A stretch of DNA of 64,000 nt from Scyliorhinus canicula (lineage: Eukaryota), in assembly GCF_902713615.1 (NCBI RefSeq), contig NW_024055900.1:62001-126000 (forward strand). The letters run 5' to 3'. Shown piece after piece: positions 13,968 to 25,162 of this stretch; the stretch's first letter is position 1, and every line of letters starts with the position of its first letter. A program made the position numbers and the translations under genes. The notes beneath the pieces are model-generated. The model did no database searches, was not told the origin of the DNA, and saw only the letters and a list, made by a program, of their open reading frames with translations.

Positions 13968-14705
13968 ATGTTCACTGTTACTTTTTCCTTTATCATTGCA
14001 GCTGCTGCTGTCTTAACTGGTAAGTTCGAATGCTATGTAACTCTGCGTTTCACATCTATCTCATACTTTATATTTAAGAGGTCAGTATAGAGAACACAGA
14101 AATATCCACACCTTGATTCTAAGTGCAGAAACAAAGATTTGGACCGACCTGAACTTAACGCTGAAAACTCATCTGGAAATTAGACATTCTCCCGCACTGC
14201 CCCCAGCTGACCCCGATGTATCCTACGGAAAGTTGTTCAAAGGGCTTTTTGTTGTTAGATCAAATCCCTCCTCCTTGAGTCACGTTCCGTGGGGAATGTC
14301 TTTCTGCTTAACACTTCTGATTTAATTCCCAGGTAAGTGTTGGGAGTGAGGTAGTGGAGCGACATTGTTTAATTTAATGCCACTCTGGTCACTTACAGAG
14401 TATTGCCGAGGAGATTCGGTTTCACAGACACCAGCTGACACCTCAGTCAATGAAAGAGGTGACATTGAATTGTTCTGTAATTTCACATCTCCAAGCAGAG
14501 ACGTTCCTTACCTATTCTGGTATCGTCAGTATCCCAGCTGCTCCTTGGAGTACTTGTTGCAGAGGAACAGAAGGAGCAAGAAAACGGAGGGCATTCCAGA
14601 GAACCGCTTTTCAGCGAAGCTCGATGAATCTGGTCGGACCGTCCCGCTGAAAGTCTCTAAGGCACAACTGACTGACTCCGCGCTGAATTACTGTGCACTG
14701 AGACT
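13968..14705 (+). CDS. TRAV/TRDV: TCR alpha/delta-type V segment, open frame but defective RSS
   Basis: Leader 13968-14019 MFTVTFSFIIAAAAVLT with GTAAGT; V exon 14399-14705 (DSVSQ...C...WYRQ...DSALNYC). The RSS at 14706-14735 is CACAGAA + 14 nt + ACAAAAGCT. Confidence 0.88.
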
Positions 14706-15024
14706 CACAGAACCTGCTGAACCTGTACAAAAGCTGTCAAATCGTTTATGTACATGACAACACCTCAACAATGTATAGTCAGAGGGGGTCGAAGATCTCC
14801 CACCAGCGTACCACCTTGCTTGTCGTTATACCTTACATTTAAATCTGTTAAGTGGATGGTTGTCATCTGAATATAAGCGCAGCAAAACCACGTGACTGAG
14901 TCTATCAGTGGACGCCACTGACATAAATCAGCCGACATTTCAATATTTTCCCACTTCATTCATTTTTTTGTGATCTGACCTGTGTCCCGTTTTCTTCCTG
15001 AGATTTGATACTTTAATTGCAGTG

Positions 15025-15433
15025 ATGTACTGCATTGTGCAGTTAAATATATTGTCCCTTATTCTGGCGATGCTAACGTGTAGGTACTGAAGTTGCACCA
15101 AATAACACAAAGCGTTTGTTTATTTTACTTTAATTTTTCGCAGGCCGATGTCTCTCGGACCGGGTGCTTCAATCCCCCGCCAGAAAAAGTGTCCAGAGAG
15201 GGGATTCCGTGCGGCTAGACTGCAGCTATGAGGTTTCAAGTTTTTACGCCATGCATTGGTACAAACAGAAACCCGGCCATGGACTGGAATGGATTATAAG
15301 GGCAGCATCGACCGGCGAAAACCGTAACGGTCGTTTTAAACTGAATATTGACACTGACGACAAACGCGGCGAATTGCTCATTGAAAACACAGAGAACGCT
15401 GATGCCGCTGTTTATTACTGTGCGACTGAGCCG
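15025..15433 (+). CDS. TRAV/TRDV: TCR alpha/delta-type V segment, intact
   Basis: Leader 15025-15079 MYCIVQLNILSLILAMLT with GTAGGT; V exon 15144-15433 (DRVLQSP...C...WYKQ...DAAVYYCATEP). Confidence 0.94.
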
Positions 15434-15472
15434 CACACTGATACACAACCCGGCATTCACTGCACAAAAACC
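15434..15472 (+). other. 23-RSS
   Basis: CACACTG + 23 nt + ACAAAAACC. Confidence 0.93.
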
Positions 15473-15789
15473 TCTCTCCGAGTTACGTTTCCGGAGCAGC
15501 TGGAGCAATCTCTCAATAACACACGACAGGCCGGGAGGATCAATTGAGAACAGCCAACAGAACCTGCGGGCAGGGTGACTGCGGAGAATGTTACTGAAGT
15601 GTTTCTCTCTGTAACTGCCATTAGATAGGCGCTTTGATCAGAGATACTGACGGTCATAACACAGTATCAGAGTGAGAAACTAGGGAGTGCAGCGACTGCT
15701 GCGCAAAAAGCTGAACAGTGATCATTGTCCAAGTAACCGAGACTGTCCCACCATTGAGCGTTTATGTTATGCAGTTGTGTGATGATTCA

Positions 15790-16483
15790 AAGAGTATTTC
15801 ATAAAAACATGCATAAAAAGGAGAATCAGGAGGAGGCCAGTCAGCCCTTCGAGCCTCTTTCGCCATTCATTATGATCAAGGCTGATCATCAAGCTCAATA
15901 TCCTGACCCCCCCCCCCCCATATCCCTTGATCCCTTTAACCCTTTAACCCTTTAAGTGGGGTGATCATTGCTCGGCACAACATCGAGGGCCGAAGGGCCT
16001 GTTCTGTGCTGTACTGTTCTATGTTCTATGTTCTAACCCGAAGAGCGACATCCAACTCTTTCAAGAAATTACACAACGTCTTGGCCTCAATAATTTCTGT
16101 GGGAATGAATTCCACAGATTCACCACTCTCTGGTGAAGAAATGTATCCTCACCTCTGTCCTAAAATGTTTGTCCCTTATCCTCGAACTATGTCCCCGAGT
16201 TCTGGACCCTGGATCTACCCTGTGTAGTCCTGTTCGAATTTCTGAAGTTACCATGAGATCCCGTCTCACTCTTCTGAACTCCAATGAATATAATCCTAAT
16301 CGCCGGAGTTTCTCCTTATAAGACATTCCCGCCATCCCATAAATCAGCCTATTAAACCTACCCTGCTCTCCCTGGATAGCAAAAACATCCTTCGTCAGAT
16401 AAGGGGACCAGAACAGCACACATTACCCCAGGTGTGGTCTCAGCAATGCTCTATACAGTTCCAACAAAACATCTCTATTCCTG
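15790..16483. mobile_element. CR1 fragments and a SINE tail
   Basis: Antisense LRRLGLYSLEFRRVRRDL motif; ...GTTCTATGTTCT tail at ~16020. Confidence 0.8.
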
Positions 16484-16486
16484 TGG

Positions 16487-16767
16487 TCAAATCCTGTCGT
16501 TATTAAGGTTCTGGAAGGACAGACGGCAACATTGAACTGCGGTTACACAGTAAAATACAGTGGCAAGACGCTCTTCTGATACATCCAGTACCCCGGTGAA
16601 TCTCCGAGATATTTACTGAGGAGGTACGGCAAGGGGCAGGGGGATCAGTTTCCAAAGTTCTCAGGACGATTTTCTGCTGATTTTCACCAAGGCAAGGAAA
16701 CTGTTCCTTTAACAATCGCCGGGGCCCCTGTCTCTGACGCTGCCGTATATCTCTGTGTGATGACCCC
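16487..16767 (+). pseudogene. TRAV/TRDV: TCR V pseudogene, 5'-truncated, conserved Trp mutated to stop
   Basis: Translates to KVLEGQTATLNCGY...TLF*YIQYPGESPRYLL...GRFSADF...SDAAVYLCVM. The 5' end abuts a CR1 fragment, and the RSS (CGCACTG ... ACAAGAACC) is split by a MITE. Confidence 0.88.
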
Positions 16768-16790
16768 CGCACTGTTACAAAGGCGTAGAC

Positions 16791-17175
16791 CAGGGGTGGG
16801 CAAACTTTTCCGTGCAAGGGCCACATTCAGAAATTCACAATTCACAAAGGGCCGCATAGTATATTAAGTAAAATAATTACTTCACCCGGTTATGATTCTG
16901 GGCGCCTCATATAGAACATAGAACAGTACAGCACAGAACAGGCCCTTCGGCCCTCGACGTTGTGCCGAGCAATGATCACCCTACTCAAGTCAACGTATCC
17001 ACCCTATACCAGTAAGTAACCCAACAGCCCCCCCCCCCCATTAACCTTTAAAAAAATTTAAAAAAAAAAAACAATTTAAAAAAATTTTTTTTTTTTTTTT
17101 TAATGACTTGGTGGGCCGCAGAAATACCTTTGGCGGACCGCATGCGGCCCGCGGGCCGTAGTTTGCCCACCCCTG
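16791..17175. mobile_element. Non-autonomous hAT-type DNA transposon (MITE) with a nested SINE 3' fragment
   Basis: Perfect 16-bp TIRs CAGGGGTGGGCAAACT; 8-bp TSD GCGTAGAC at 16783-16790 and 17176-17183; antisense SINE tail at about 16910-17045. Confidence 0.93.
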
Positions 17176-17399
17176 GCGTAGACAGTCCATACAAGAACCG
17201 GCCAGACACTCTTACCTCCACTCACTGAATCAGATCTGTGATCTGGATGGTGAATTGGTGCTATGAACATACTGCCTGCTGTATATGCGCGCTGACTTTC
17301 AGTGACTGATGCCCGAGGACACCAATGTCTCCCTGAGTATCCAACTCTCTCAATTTACACCCGTTGCAATAATAATCTGATTTACTATTTTTGCTACCG

Positions 17400-17720
17400 A
17401 AACGGATATCCTTTCATTGATCCACATTATAGTTAATCTGTCATGCATGCCCACTCACTCAGCCTGTCCAAATCCTGCTGAAGCATCTCTGCGTCCTGCT
17501 CACAGCTCACTGTCCCATCCAACTTTGTGTCATCTGCAAATGTGGAGATAATGCACTTAGTTCCCTCGTCCAAATCATTAATAAATAATGTGATGAGTTG
17601 GGGTCCTAGCACAGATCCATGCGGTACCGCACTAGTCACTCCCTGCCAATCAGACCCATTTATTCAACTTTTGGCTTCTTGTTTGCTCACCAGTTTTCTA
17701 TCCATCTCAAAGCACGACAC
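17400..17720 (-). mobile_element. CR1 RT fragment
   Basis: VPHGSVLGPQL and FADDTKL motifs. Confidence 0.88.
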
Positions 17721-17930
17721 ACTCCCAAGCACTTTAATTATTAACTGGTGTCTCTCCGCCGTCTCTCATCAAGGAGATGTCTGGACATTGACTGGTGTCT
17801 ATCCGTCCTCTCTCTCAAGGATACATCTGTACAATGTCTGGTGTCTCTCAGTCCTATCTCTCTCAAGGAGATATAATAATGATCTTCATTATTGCCACAA
17901 GGAGGCTTACCTTAACACTGCAATGAAGTT

Positions 17931-18213
17931 TCACAGCCTCCCGAGTCAGCGGTTGTGACCGAGGGAGCTACAACATCGTTGACATGTTCCACTACAGTAA
18001 AGAGAAATAACCTGCAATGGTACAGGCAACACCCTGACTGAAAACTTCAGCACCTGGCGAGGGGTATCAGCAATCAGGCCAGGATCACAACTCAGTTCAT
18101 TTTAGCTGAGAGAAGCACAGCGACCTGGATGTTAGTGAGACTCCGTGACAGACACGGCCGCCTATGTCTGTACAGCGGAGACACAATGCAGGAAATAAAG
18201 CCTTACAGAAAGT
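17931..18213 (+). pseudogene. TRAV/TRDV: TCR V pseudogene (stop, frameshift, shortened RSS)
   Basis: SQPPESAVVTEGATTSLTC...LQWYRQHPD*...(frameshift)VTDTAAYVCTAE, then CACAATG + 16 nt + ACAGAAAGT; the 5' end is joined to a SINE tail. Confidence 0.85.
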
Positions 18214-18279
18214 CAATGGAGGGGATCTACAGTTTGCAGCCTGTCCCCCAGTCGGCCAATCAGTGAATTCTTTCCCGAT

Positions 18280-18558
18280 CTGGCTGGTTTAGCACACGGC
18301 TAAATTGCTGGCTTTGAAAGCAGACCAAGGCAGGCTAGCAGCGCGGTTCAATTCCCGTACCAGCCTCCCCGAACAGGCGCCGAAATGTGGCGACTAGGGG
18401 TTTTTCACAGTAACTTCATTTGAAGCCTACTTGTGACAATAAGTGATTTTCATTTCATTCCCGTACCAGCCTCTCCGGAATGTGGCGTCCAGGGGCTTTT
18501 CACAGTAACTTCATTGAAGCCTACTCCTGACAATAAGCGATTTTCATTTTCATTTCAT
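18280..18558 (+). mobile_element. Second short tRNA-derived SINE family (tandem; other copies ~9988-10168 +, 10768-10940 +, 20935-21113 -, 54972-55133 -)
   Basis: GGTTTAGCAC...GGTTCAATTCCCG head and GGCTTTTCACAGTAACTTCATTGAAGCCTACTTGTGACAATAAG tail. Confidence 0.85.
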
Positions 18559-18736
18559 AATAACAGACGACGTTTACATTTCCGTTATTCTTCTGTCCGA
18601 TGATCCATCAGACACAATCTGCGGTACTTTCGGATAATGGTCGTGATGTTACCTGAGTCAGTGTTTTCCGAATAATTATCTATTTCATAGCGCATTTTCA
18701 ACCTCAGACGTGAACACAATCTGTGCTTTCTTACAG

Positions 18737-19010
18737 CAATGACTGACACAGACCCACGCCCCCCTGGGTCGCTTTGAGTTAACTGTCTGGAAGAACAGCC
18801 CGTACTGCACAGTTAGACTCATTCCATATCTGGTGGTTGATTTCGACCTCCGCTGGCACATAAATATTCGGGGTAAGCTCCGTGATATTTACTGAAATGT
18901 GTAACTGGGGGCAGAGCGCTAGGTCCCAGGAATTCCGCGGCCGGATCGCTCTTGAATTGGACAAGGGCAATGAGGCATCACAATTCATTATCGGAGAAGT
19001 AAGAACTCGC
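18737..19010 (+). pseudogene. Highly decayed, 3'-truncated TCR V relic
   Basis: AG acceptor at 18735-18736. Mixed-frame matches to the 16.5-kb V family: VLEEQ, W-H-I, YSG*AP*YLLK, EFRGRIALELDKGNEASQFII. No YYC and no RSS. Confidence 0.6.
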
Positions 19011-19013
19011 TGA

Positions 19014-19052
19014 GGTTTTTGTACGAGCTCTTGGCTTTTATTTGACGCTGTG
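19014..19052 (-). other. 23-RSS
   Basis: CACAGCG + 23 nt + ACAAAAACC. Confidence 0.92.
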
Positions 19053-20320
19053 CCTCTCTGCACAGTAATAGTCCGCTCCGTCCTCCACATTGAGGCTGCT
19101 TATATTTAGGTAACCAGACTTTGTAGACTCGTCAGCAGTTGCCAGATATCGTCCAGAGATTTCATCTGTTTTCAGTGTTACCACATTGCTAATTATCCAT
19201 TTTGGAGGCTGTGTCTGTTTCTGTAGATACCATTGCATGGTGAATATAAGCTGGTCTGTATATTCACAGTCTAACTGCGCCGAACCTCCTTCTGACACAG
19301 TTAAGGAAACCGGAGATTGAGTTACGCGAACTGCACACAATCCACCTGTGAAAGTGAATGAATATAAGAGCACCATGTTAAAGAGAATCGATCGAGACTT
19401 GTGTCTATCAGCATGTGTGTGTAAGAGAAAGGCCAATAGCGCAGGATTAATTCCCATACCGGCTGAGGTTATTCATGAGGAACCTGCCTTCTCAACTGTC
19501 ACTTCACGGAGCAGCATCCCATTTATCAAGCTCTCCACCATATATATCGACAGGTAATTTGGACGTCCTGAATTATCCGTCAATGTGCAGTTCCTCGTTA
19601 GTATAGTGGTTAGTATCCCCGCCTATCACGCGGGACACCGGGGTTCAATTCCCCGACGGGGAGTTTGTACCTTCTCTGGAAAAAGACGGCAATCTTTTTG
19701 TGGGTAGCATGGTGGTTAGCATAAATGCTTCACAGCTCCAGGGTCCCAGGTTCGATTCCCGGCTGGGTCACTGTCTGTGCGGAGTCTGCACGTCCTCCCC
19801 GTGTGTGCGTGGTTTTCCTCCGGGTGCTCCGGTTTCCTCCCACAGTCCAAAGATGTGCGGGTTAGGTGGATTGGCCATGATAAATTGCCCGTAGTGTGGC
19901 GCCGGGGTCTGGCGGCTTTTCACAGTAACTTAATTGCAGTGTTAATGTAAGCCTACTTTGTGAACATAAAGATTACTATTAAAGTCGCCATAGTCCCAGA
20001 TTGTCATAGGTTACACTCAGGGAGAGCCGAATGGTGGCTATTTAACACGAGGATCACCACACCTCCGTGAAGGGACAGTTGAGAAGGCAGGTTCCTCATG
20101 AATAACCTCAGCCGGTATGGGAATTAATCCTGCACTATTGGCCTTTCTCTTGCACAACGAATTGCTTTCCAACCAACTGAACTAAACCGACCGCCAGTAC
20201 AGATCTTCTCCCCAACTAGAAAATACCATCAAATACTCTTACATCAATCTGCTAAATTACCCTGGTGAGCATAACCCTGTACTTACGATGCAACAGCGCC
20301 GTCAGTATTACCAGAAACAT
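19053..20320 (-). CDS. TRAV/TRDV: TCR alpha/delta-type V segment, intact, with a 941-bp leader intron
   Basis: Leader 20320-20287 MFLVILTALLH with GTAAGT; V exon 19345-19053 (VRVTQSP...C...WYLQ...DGADYYCAER). Confidence 0.9.
19592..19663 (+). tRNA. trnD: tRNA-Asp-derived gene with variant anticodon ATC (possibly a pseudogene)
   Basis: 72 nt near-identical to vertebrate tRNA-Asp(GTC) TCCTCGTTAGTATAGTGG...CCCCGACGGGGAG; all stems pair; anticodon ATC at 19625-19627. Confidence 0.88.
19700..19980 (+). mobile_element. HE1-type SINE head with an alternative tail
   Basis: HE1 head/core joined to the CACAGTAACTT...GCCTACTT tail. Confidence 0.85.
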
Positions 20321-21713
20321 GTCTGACCGAATCTCTCTGAGTGAACGGGAATGAAATGAGTCAGAGATTGAGAAGGAGAGAGGGGGACCCGGACTCTTTA
20401 TAGCTCATTGTTCCACCCGCACACTGCAGGAGGCCAGACCCATTGTGACCTCACTCAGGATACCATTCCTATGGACGTTGACGTGGCCATACGTGCCTTT
20501 CTGATTATCATATTGCAATTTCACTACCCCTGCTGGAGGATTCAGTTCAATCCGGACTTGAATGAGGCCATTGGATGGATTTGGTGTCAATTAATTTACA
20601 TTTCAAGAGAAGAATGTCAAATACTTTCTCCTAGAAATCAAAATTGGAGCTTATGAGTCACAATCTTTAATCATATTGAGGTTTGTGCTTCAAAATATAA
20701 ATGATGTTTACACAGGGGTAAAACTAGTATTTCGAAACAAATTTGAAGACATGCGAGAAGGTGTGGAGGAGATACGCCAGAATTGTATCAGGAATGGGAG
20801 ACTTCACAAAGGAGAACTGTGAAGAGAAAGTGAGATTGTTTTTCTTATATCAAATCAATTAAGGGAAAGACTTACTCAGGGATCGCTGTGGGAGCAACTG
20901 TTTCCACTAAAATCATAGCCCAAGCATCTCGAATGAAAATGAAGATCGCTTATTGTCACAAGTAGGCTTCAAATGAAGTTACTGTGAAAATCCCCACATC
21001 GCCACATTCCGGCGCCTGTTCGGGAAGGCTGGTACGGGAATTGAACCCGCACGGCTGGCCTGCCTTGGTCTGCTTTAAAAGTCAGCTACTTACCCCTGTG
21101 CCAAACCAGCCCCTAATTAATCTGAAAAAGACCGAGAGATGTTAGATTTCCTGATTCAAATGAGATGTGTTCAAATCTAGAATTGACTGCCATAAAAGGC
21201 TGGCAGGAATACATTTGCATGTAACTTTGAAAAGGGAATTGTTTATATCTTGGAAAGGAGGAATGGCGGGCTATGTGAAAAATGCGGGTGGGGTTAGGCT
21301 GAAAGACGAATTGGATAAATACCTCATACGGTACAGGAGGGATAGGCCGAAGGGCCTCATTCAACTTTCGAACTTCCTGTTATTTGTATTCCTTCATCCT
21401 TTTACTGTATATTTCTTTGCAGCCATTTGAAAAGTGAATAGGGGCAAGATGGTCTCAGACGTCTGGAGATACAACTGTCGCTATTTCCGCTCCGTCAGTT
21501 CCGAGTGCAGCTGCGAGTCACCACACACTGCACTCAATATTGAGTCTGCGGCCTCCCCGCCCATAGCTTCCGTTTGCTGCTCTGACCCGATTGCGATATT
21601 GGCTACTCCGTTCCCCTCACTGGCTGGATCAGAAATGCAGGGGGATGGGAGCTGTATTTCTGTCTCTGGCAGAGGATTTCTCTCTCTGCACAGTTACAGT
21701 CTCAGGAAGGACC

Positions 21714-22257
21714 ATGAGGTACCGTCTCGCTCTGATCTTCATCGCTATATCATTTTTCAGTAAGTCCCAGTAACACTTCAGAACCCGCACGGCTCATTGC
21801 TCTAACCCAGAGGTTATTATTGACAAAATAATAATAATGCTGCTGATGATGTTTAAGTAGGTAAATATGAGACTGATACTGTTGTTGTTTTCCCTCTATT
21901 TAATGTCAGAATGGAGTCTTCAAGACATAGTGGAGCAGTCGGCTGCCAAAATAACGGTTGAAGAGGGAAGTAATATCACACTAACCTGCACTTTGAAAAC
22001 AAGCGATTCTGATCCGTTTGCGTACTGGTACAGTCAGATCGCCGAGCACCCTCCATATTATCTGCTTCATGTTCTGGGAGGGAATCTATTCAGACACATC
22101 TTCATCAGTGATCGCTTTTCAGCTATATTCGATAAAATTGCCAAGATTGCCAAGCTAATGATTGGCAACACGGTCACCCTGATCTCTGGCAGTGCATTAT
22201 ATTTATCCGCCCTGCAGGCAACAGTGCTGCTGATATACTGGATCCCTTACAACAACC
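21714..22257 (+). pseudogene. TRAV/TRDV: TCR V segment lacking the second Cys, with a damaged RSS
   Basis: Leader 21714-21759 MRYRLALIFIAISFF; V exon from 21910 is open but ends SALYLSALQ (TCC where Cys is expected) and has a 9-bp duplication ATTGCCAAG. RSS is AACAGTG + 22 nt + ACAACAACC. Confidence 0.85.
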
Positions 22258-23929
22258 GCACATTGACATTTACAGTTGATGCTCAGCAGAGGGCGCTCAC
22301 ATACCGAGTATAAGACACATGCCGAGTATAAGACACAGCCTGCACAGTGAGGGTCACAGTGAGGGACCATCGTAAAATAGCAACAAAGCACAGCCCTCTA
22401 TAAGTCCAGCGAATAACCACTTCCGCAGTAATATAATTCACAGCCTTCCGGACTAACTTTGAGTTCAGCAATTTCAGACTGTGAACTGTCTCCTCCACCT
22501 TCACATCATTTTTATTTTCATCAGTTTATTTTCATATGTTTCATCGATCCACTTTTACCTGACAATTGTCTCGCCTCCCACACTACGTCACGAGGGCCAT
22601 CTCTACCCTTGATGTCCTTTACACACTGCTTACCCCTGTTATCCCATTGACACATTCTGATAACTTAATGTGCCACTAACGACACCTGTAGCCATTAAAA
22701 CCACCATTTACATGCCATTTGACTTTCTGTCCCTGATATATTTATTAATCTCCACCTGTCGCTTCAGCTCCATCATACCCACACTCCAAACCCCTCCCTC
22801 ACAACAATATAATTCTGACCCAATTTTCAGTTGTCTCCAGCTTTGACAGAATCACCCAGGCTCGAAAGGTCGCTCCATTCTCCCTCCACAGAGGCTGTCA
22901 GACCTGCCGAGATTTTCCATCATTTTCTGTTTTCGTACCCGCAGTAATATTACTGTGCGATTTACACGAACAAAAATGAACAAAACATTACCAATCGTTC
23001 TATGGTGCTTTTATTCAAACCCCCCCCCCCCCCCTCCTTAATGCCTTCCCATGACTGCATGATGTTTCTCACAAACAGTCTCCACCAGTTCCCCAGAAGT
23101 TAATACAATTTCTTCTTCCATCTTTAATTTGAACTTTTCAGATAATGGATAGTTAGGTGAATTGGACATTCGGAATTCTCCCTCAGTGTACCCGAACATG
23201 CGCCGGAATGTGGCGACTAGTGACCACATTTCACAGTAACTTAATTGCAGTGTTAATGTAAGCCTACTTGAAACAATAAAGGTTATTATTAAGATTATTA
23301 TTCTAGTTATTTGAACATTAGCTCAGAACTATTCCATCGCAGCTGACCATAGATTCATCCCCAGTTTTCTCCGAGGTCAGTAATACAGATTGCATTCAAT
23401 ATTGGATAATTCACTAATCCTGACACGCCTCTGTTGACCCCGCTTTCCTCCATACGGAATCAATGTGAAAGGACCACAGCTCTTACAGAGGGGCCGGGGT
23501 AATTATATAATGTTCGGTGGGAACGTTCTTATTAATTTAAGCTATTTATATATCAAAGCTCTGTATGAGATCTTTGCCTGATGTTGCCCTGACTACAGCA
23601 TATGATGATGTCTTGCCTGCACGTTCTTAATGGACAGGGTACTCCCTTAGTTCAATGCTTGGCATTGTTGGATCAGCGGTTCACTGGAATAGGGTTCGAT
23701 AGTTTTGCTATATCAGAGGCTACCCGGACTGCAGAGTTACACATAGAGCCATCACGTGGAACGATCTCACTGATCATTGTTTCACTTTTAAATCAATATT
23801 TTCTTCCCAGTCTAAATCCAGTCAGTCCATTTCTCCTGCTATCTAGTTGCTTTCATGTTGATGATGATGCTGCTGATGAACAGGAGTTAGTACAGGAGTA
23901 TGATTGTTTTCATACGTATGATACATAGA

Positions 23930-24330
23930 ACATGATTGTTTTCGCTGGAGTTCAGAAGAATGAGGGAAACCTCAGATAAAGTTGTAAACTTCGAACAGGA
24001 CTGGACAGGGTAGTTGCAGGAAGGCTATTCCCGATGGTGGATGTGTCCAGAACCAGGAGTCAGTCTGAGGATGTGGGGCAGTCAATTCTGGACAGAGGCG
24101 AGGAGACATTTCTTCACCCAGAGAGTGATCAGCTTGTGGGATTTATTACCACAGGAAGAAGTCGAGATCAAAACATTGTATGTTTTCAAAAACAGTTCTA
24201 TACAGGATTTAGGGCATAGGGGGTCAAAGTATATGGGGCTATGCGGGATTAGGCTCTCGAGCTTGATGACTCATAATGATTGGTGTGGCAGGTAAGAATG
24301 GCCTCCTCCTCCCCAAATGTTCTATTTTTC
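23930..24330 (+). mobile_element. CR1 3' fragment
   Basis: Matches the 3' part of the 30.6-33.0 kb CR1. Confidence 0.75.
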
Positions 24331-24399
24331 TATATCACATTAGAGCCAACAAGACACATTGAAACGGTGGGCTGCTGATGCCCAAAACTCCAATGTATC

Positions 24400-24640
24400 C
24401 CCGTAACTCAGTAACTCCACCTAACCTTTTGGATACTTAAGGGGCAATTTAGCATAGCGAATCCACCTAACCTGCACATCTTTGGACTTTGGGACGAGAC
24501 GGGAGCACCCGGAGGAAACGCATGCATACACGGGGAGAACGTGTAGGCTCCGCACAGACAGTGACCCAAGCCGGGAATGGAACCTGGTCCCCTGGCGCTG
24601 TGAGGCAGCAGTGCTATCCACTATGCCACCGTGCCGCCCC
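24400..24640 (-). mobile_element. HE1-type SINE
   Basis: Reverse-complement match. Confidence 0.85.
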
Positions 24641-25162
24641 GTGTCGCCGGGCTGGTAATCCAGGGACCAGAGTCATTCTTTGATGGCCCGAGTTCGAATC
24701 CCGACATGGCAGATTAAGGTGACCATGAAACCATTGTCAATTGTAAAAACCTGTCTGATTCTCAAATGTCCTTTATGGACGAAATCTGGTGTCCTTGCCT
24801 GGTCTGGCCTCCGTATGCCTCCAGACCCACAACAATATCTTAAATGCCTCTTAAATGCCCTCAGGGGTGGGCAATTATTGCTGGCGCAGCCACTGGCTGC
24901 CACATCCCACGAACGAATCAAAATAAACACTGGTTTAATTTTCACCATCCATTCTGTAAAGCGGACTTGTACCCCCTCAAATGCACTGGATTTCTGTCAT
25001 CACTGGCAGACAGAGCGCCACACCGCCGTTTCACTCTGCCATTGGGGACATCAGGAAGTGAGATTAGAGCAGCTGGAGGTAGGACAGCCTATAATTGGGG
25101 GCGGGGTTTTGGATAGAAGGCTTTAAACATCCAAATTCATTTTTACAGAGCTGACAGCGACA

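Noticed and set aside
19000-19052. RAG-mediated transposition as the origin of the inverted 19-kb V
   Set aside because: RAG transposes ends that terminate at the heptamer; here the junction is outside the nonamer and no TSD is visible
22343-22361. Two tandem CACAGTG heptamers
   Set aside because: No nonamer at 12 or 23 nt; part of a small local duplication
23600-23810. Possible very old V relic (DRVLP*, LLYQRLPG, AELHIE)
   Set aside because: Needs several frameshifts and has no RSS; too weak to call
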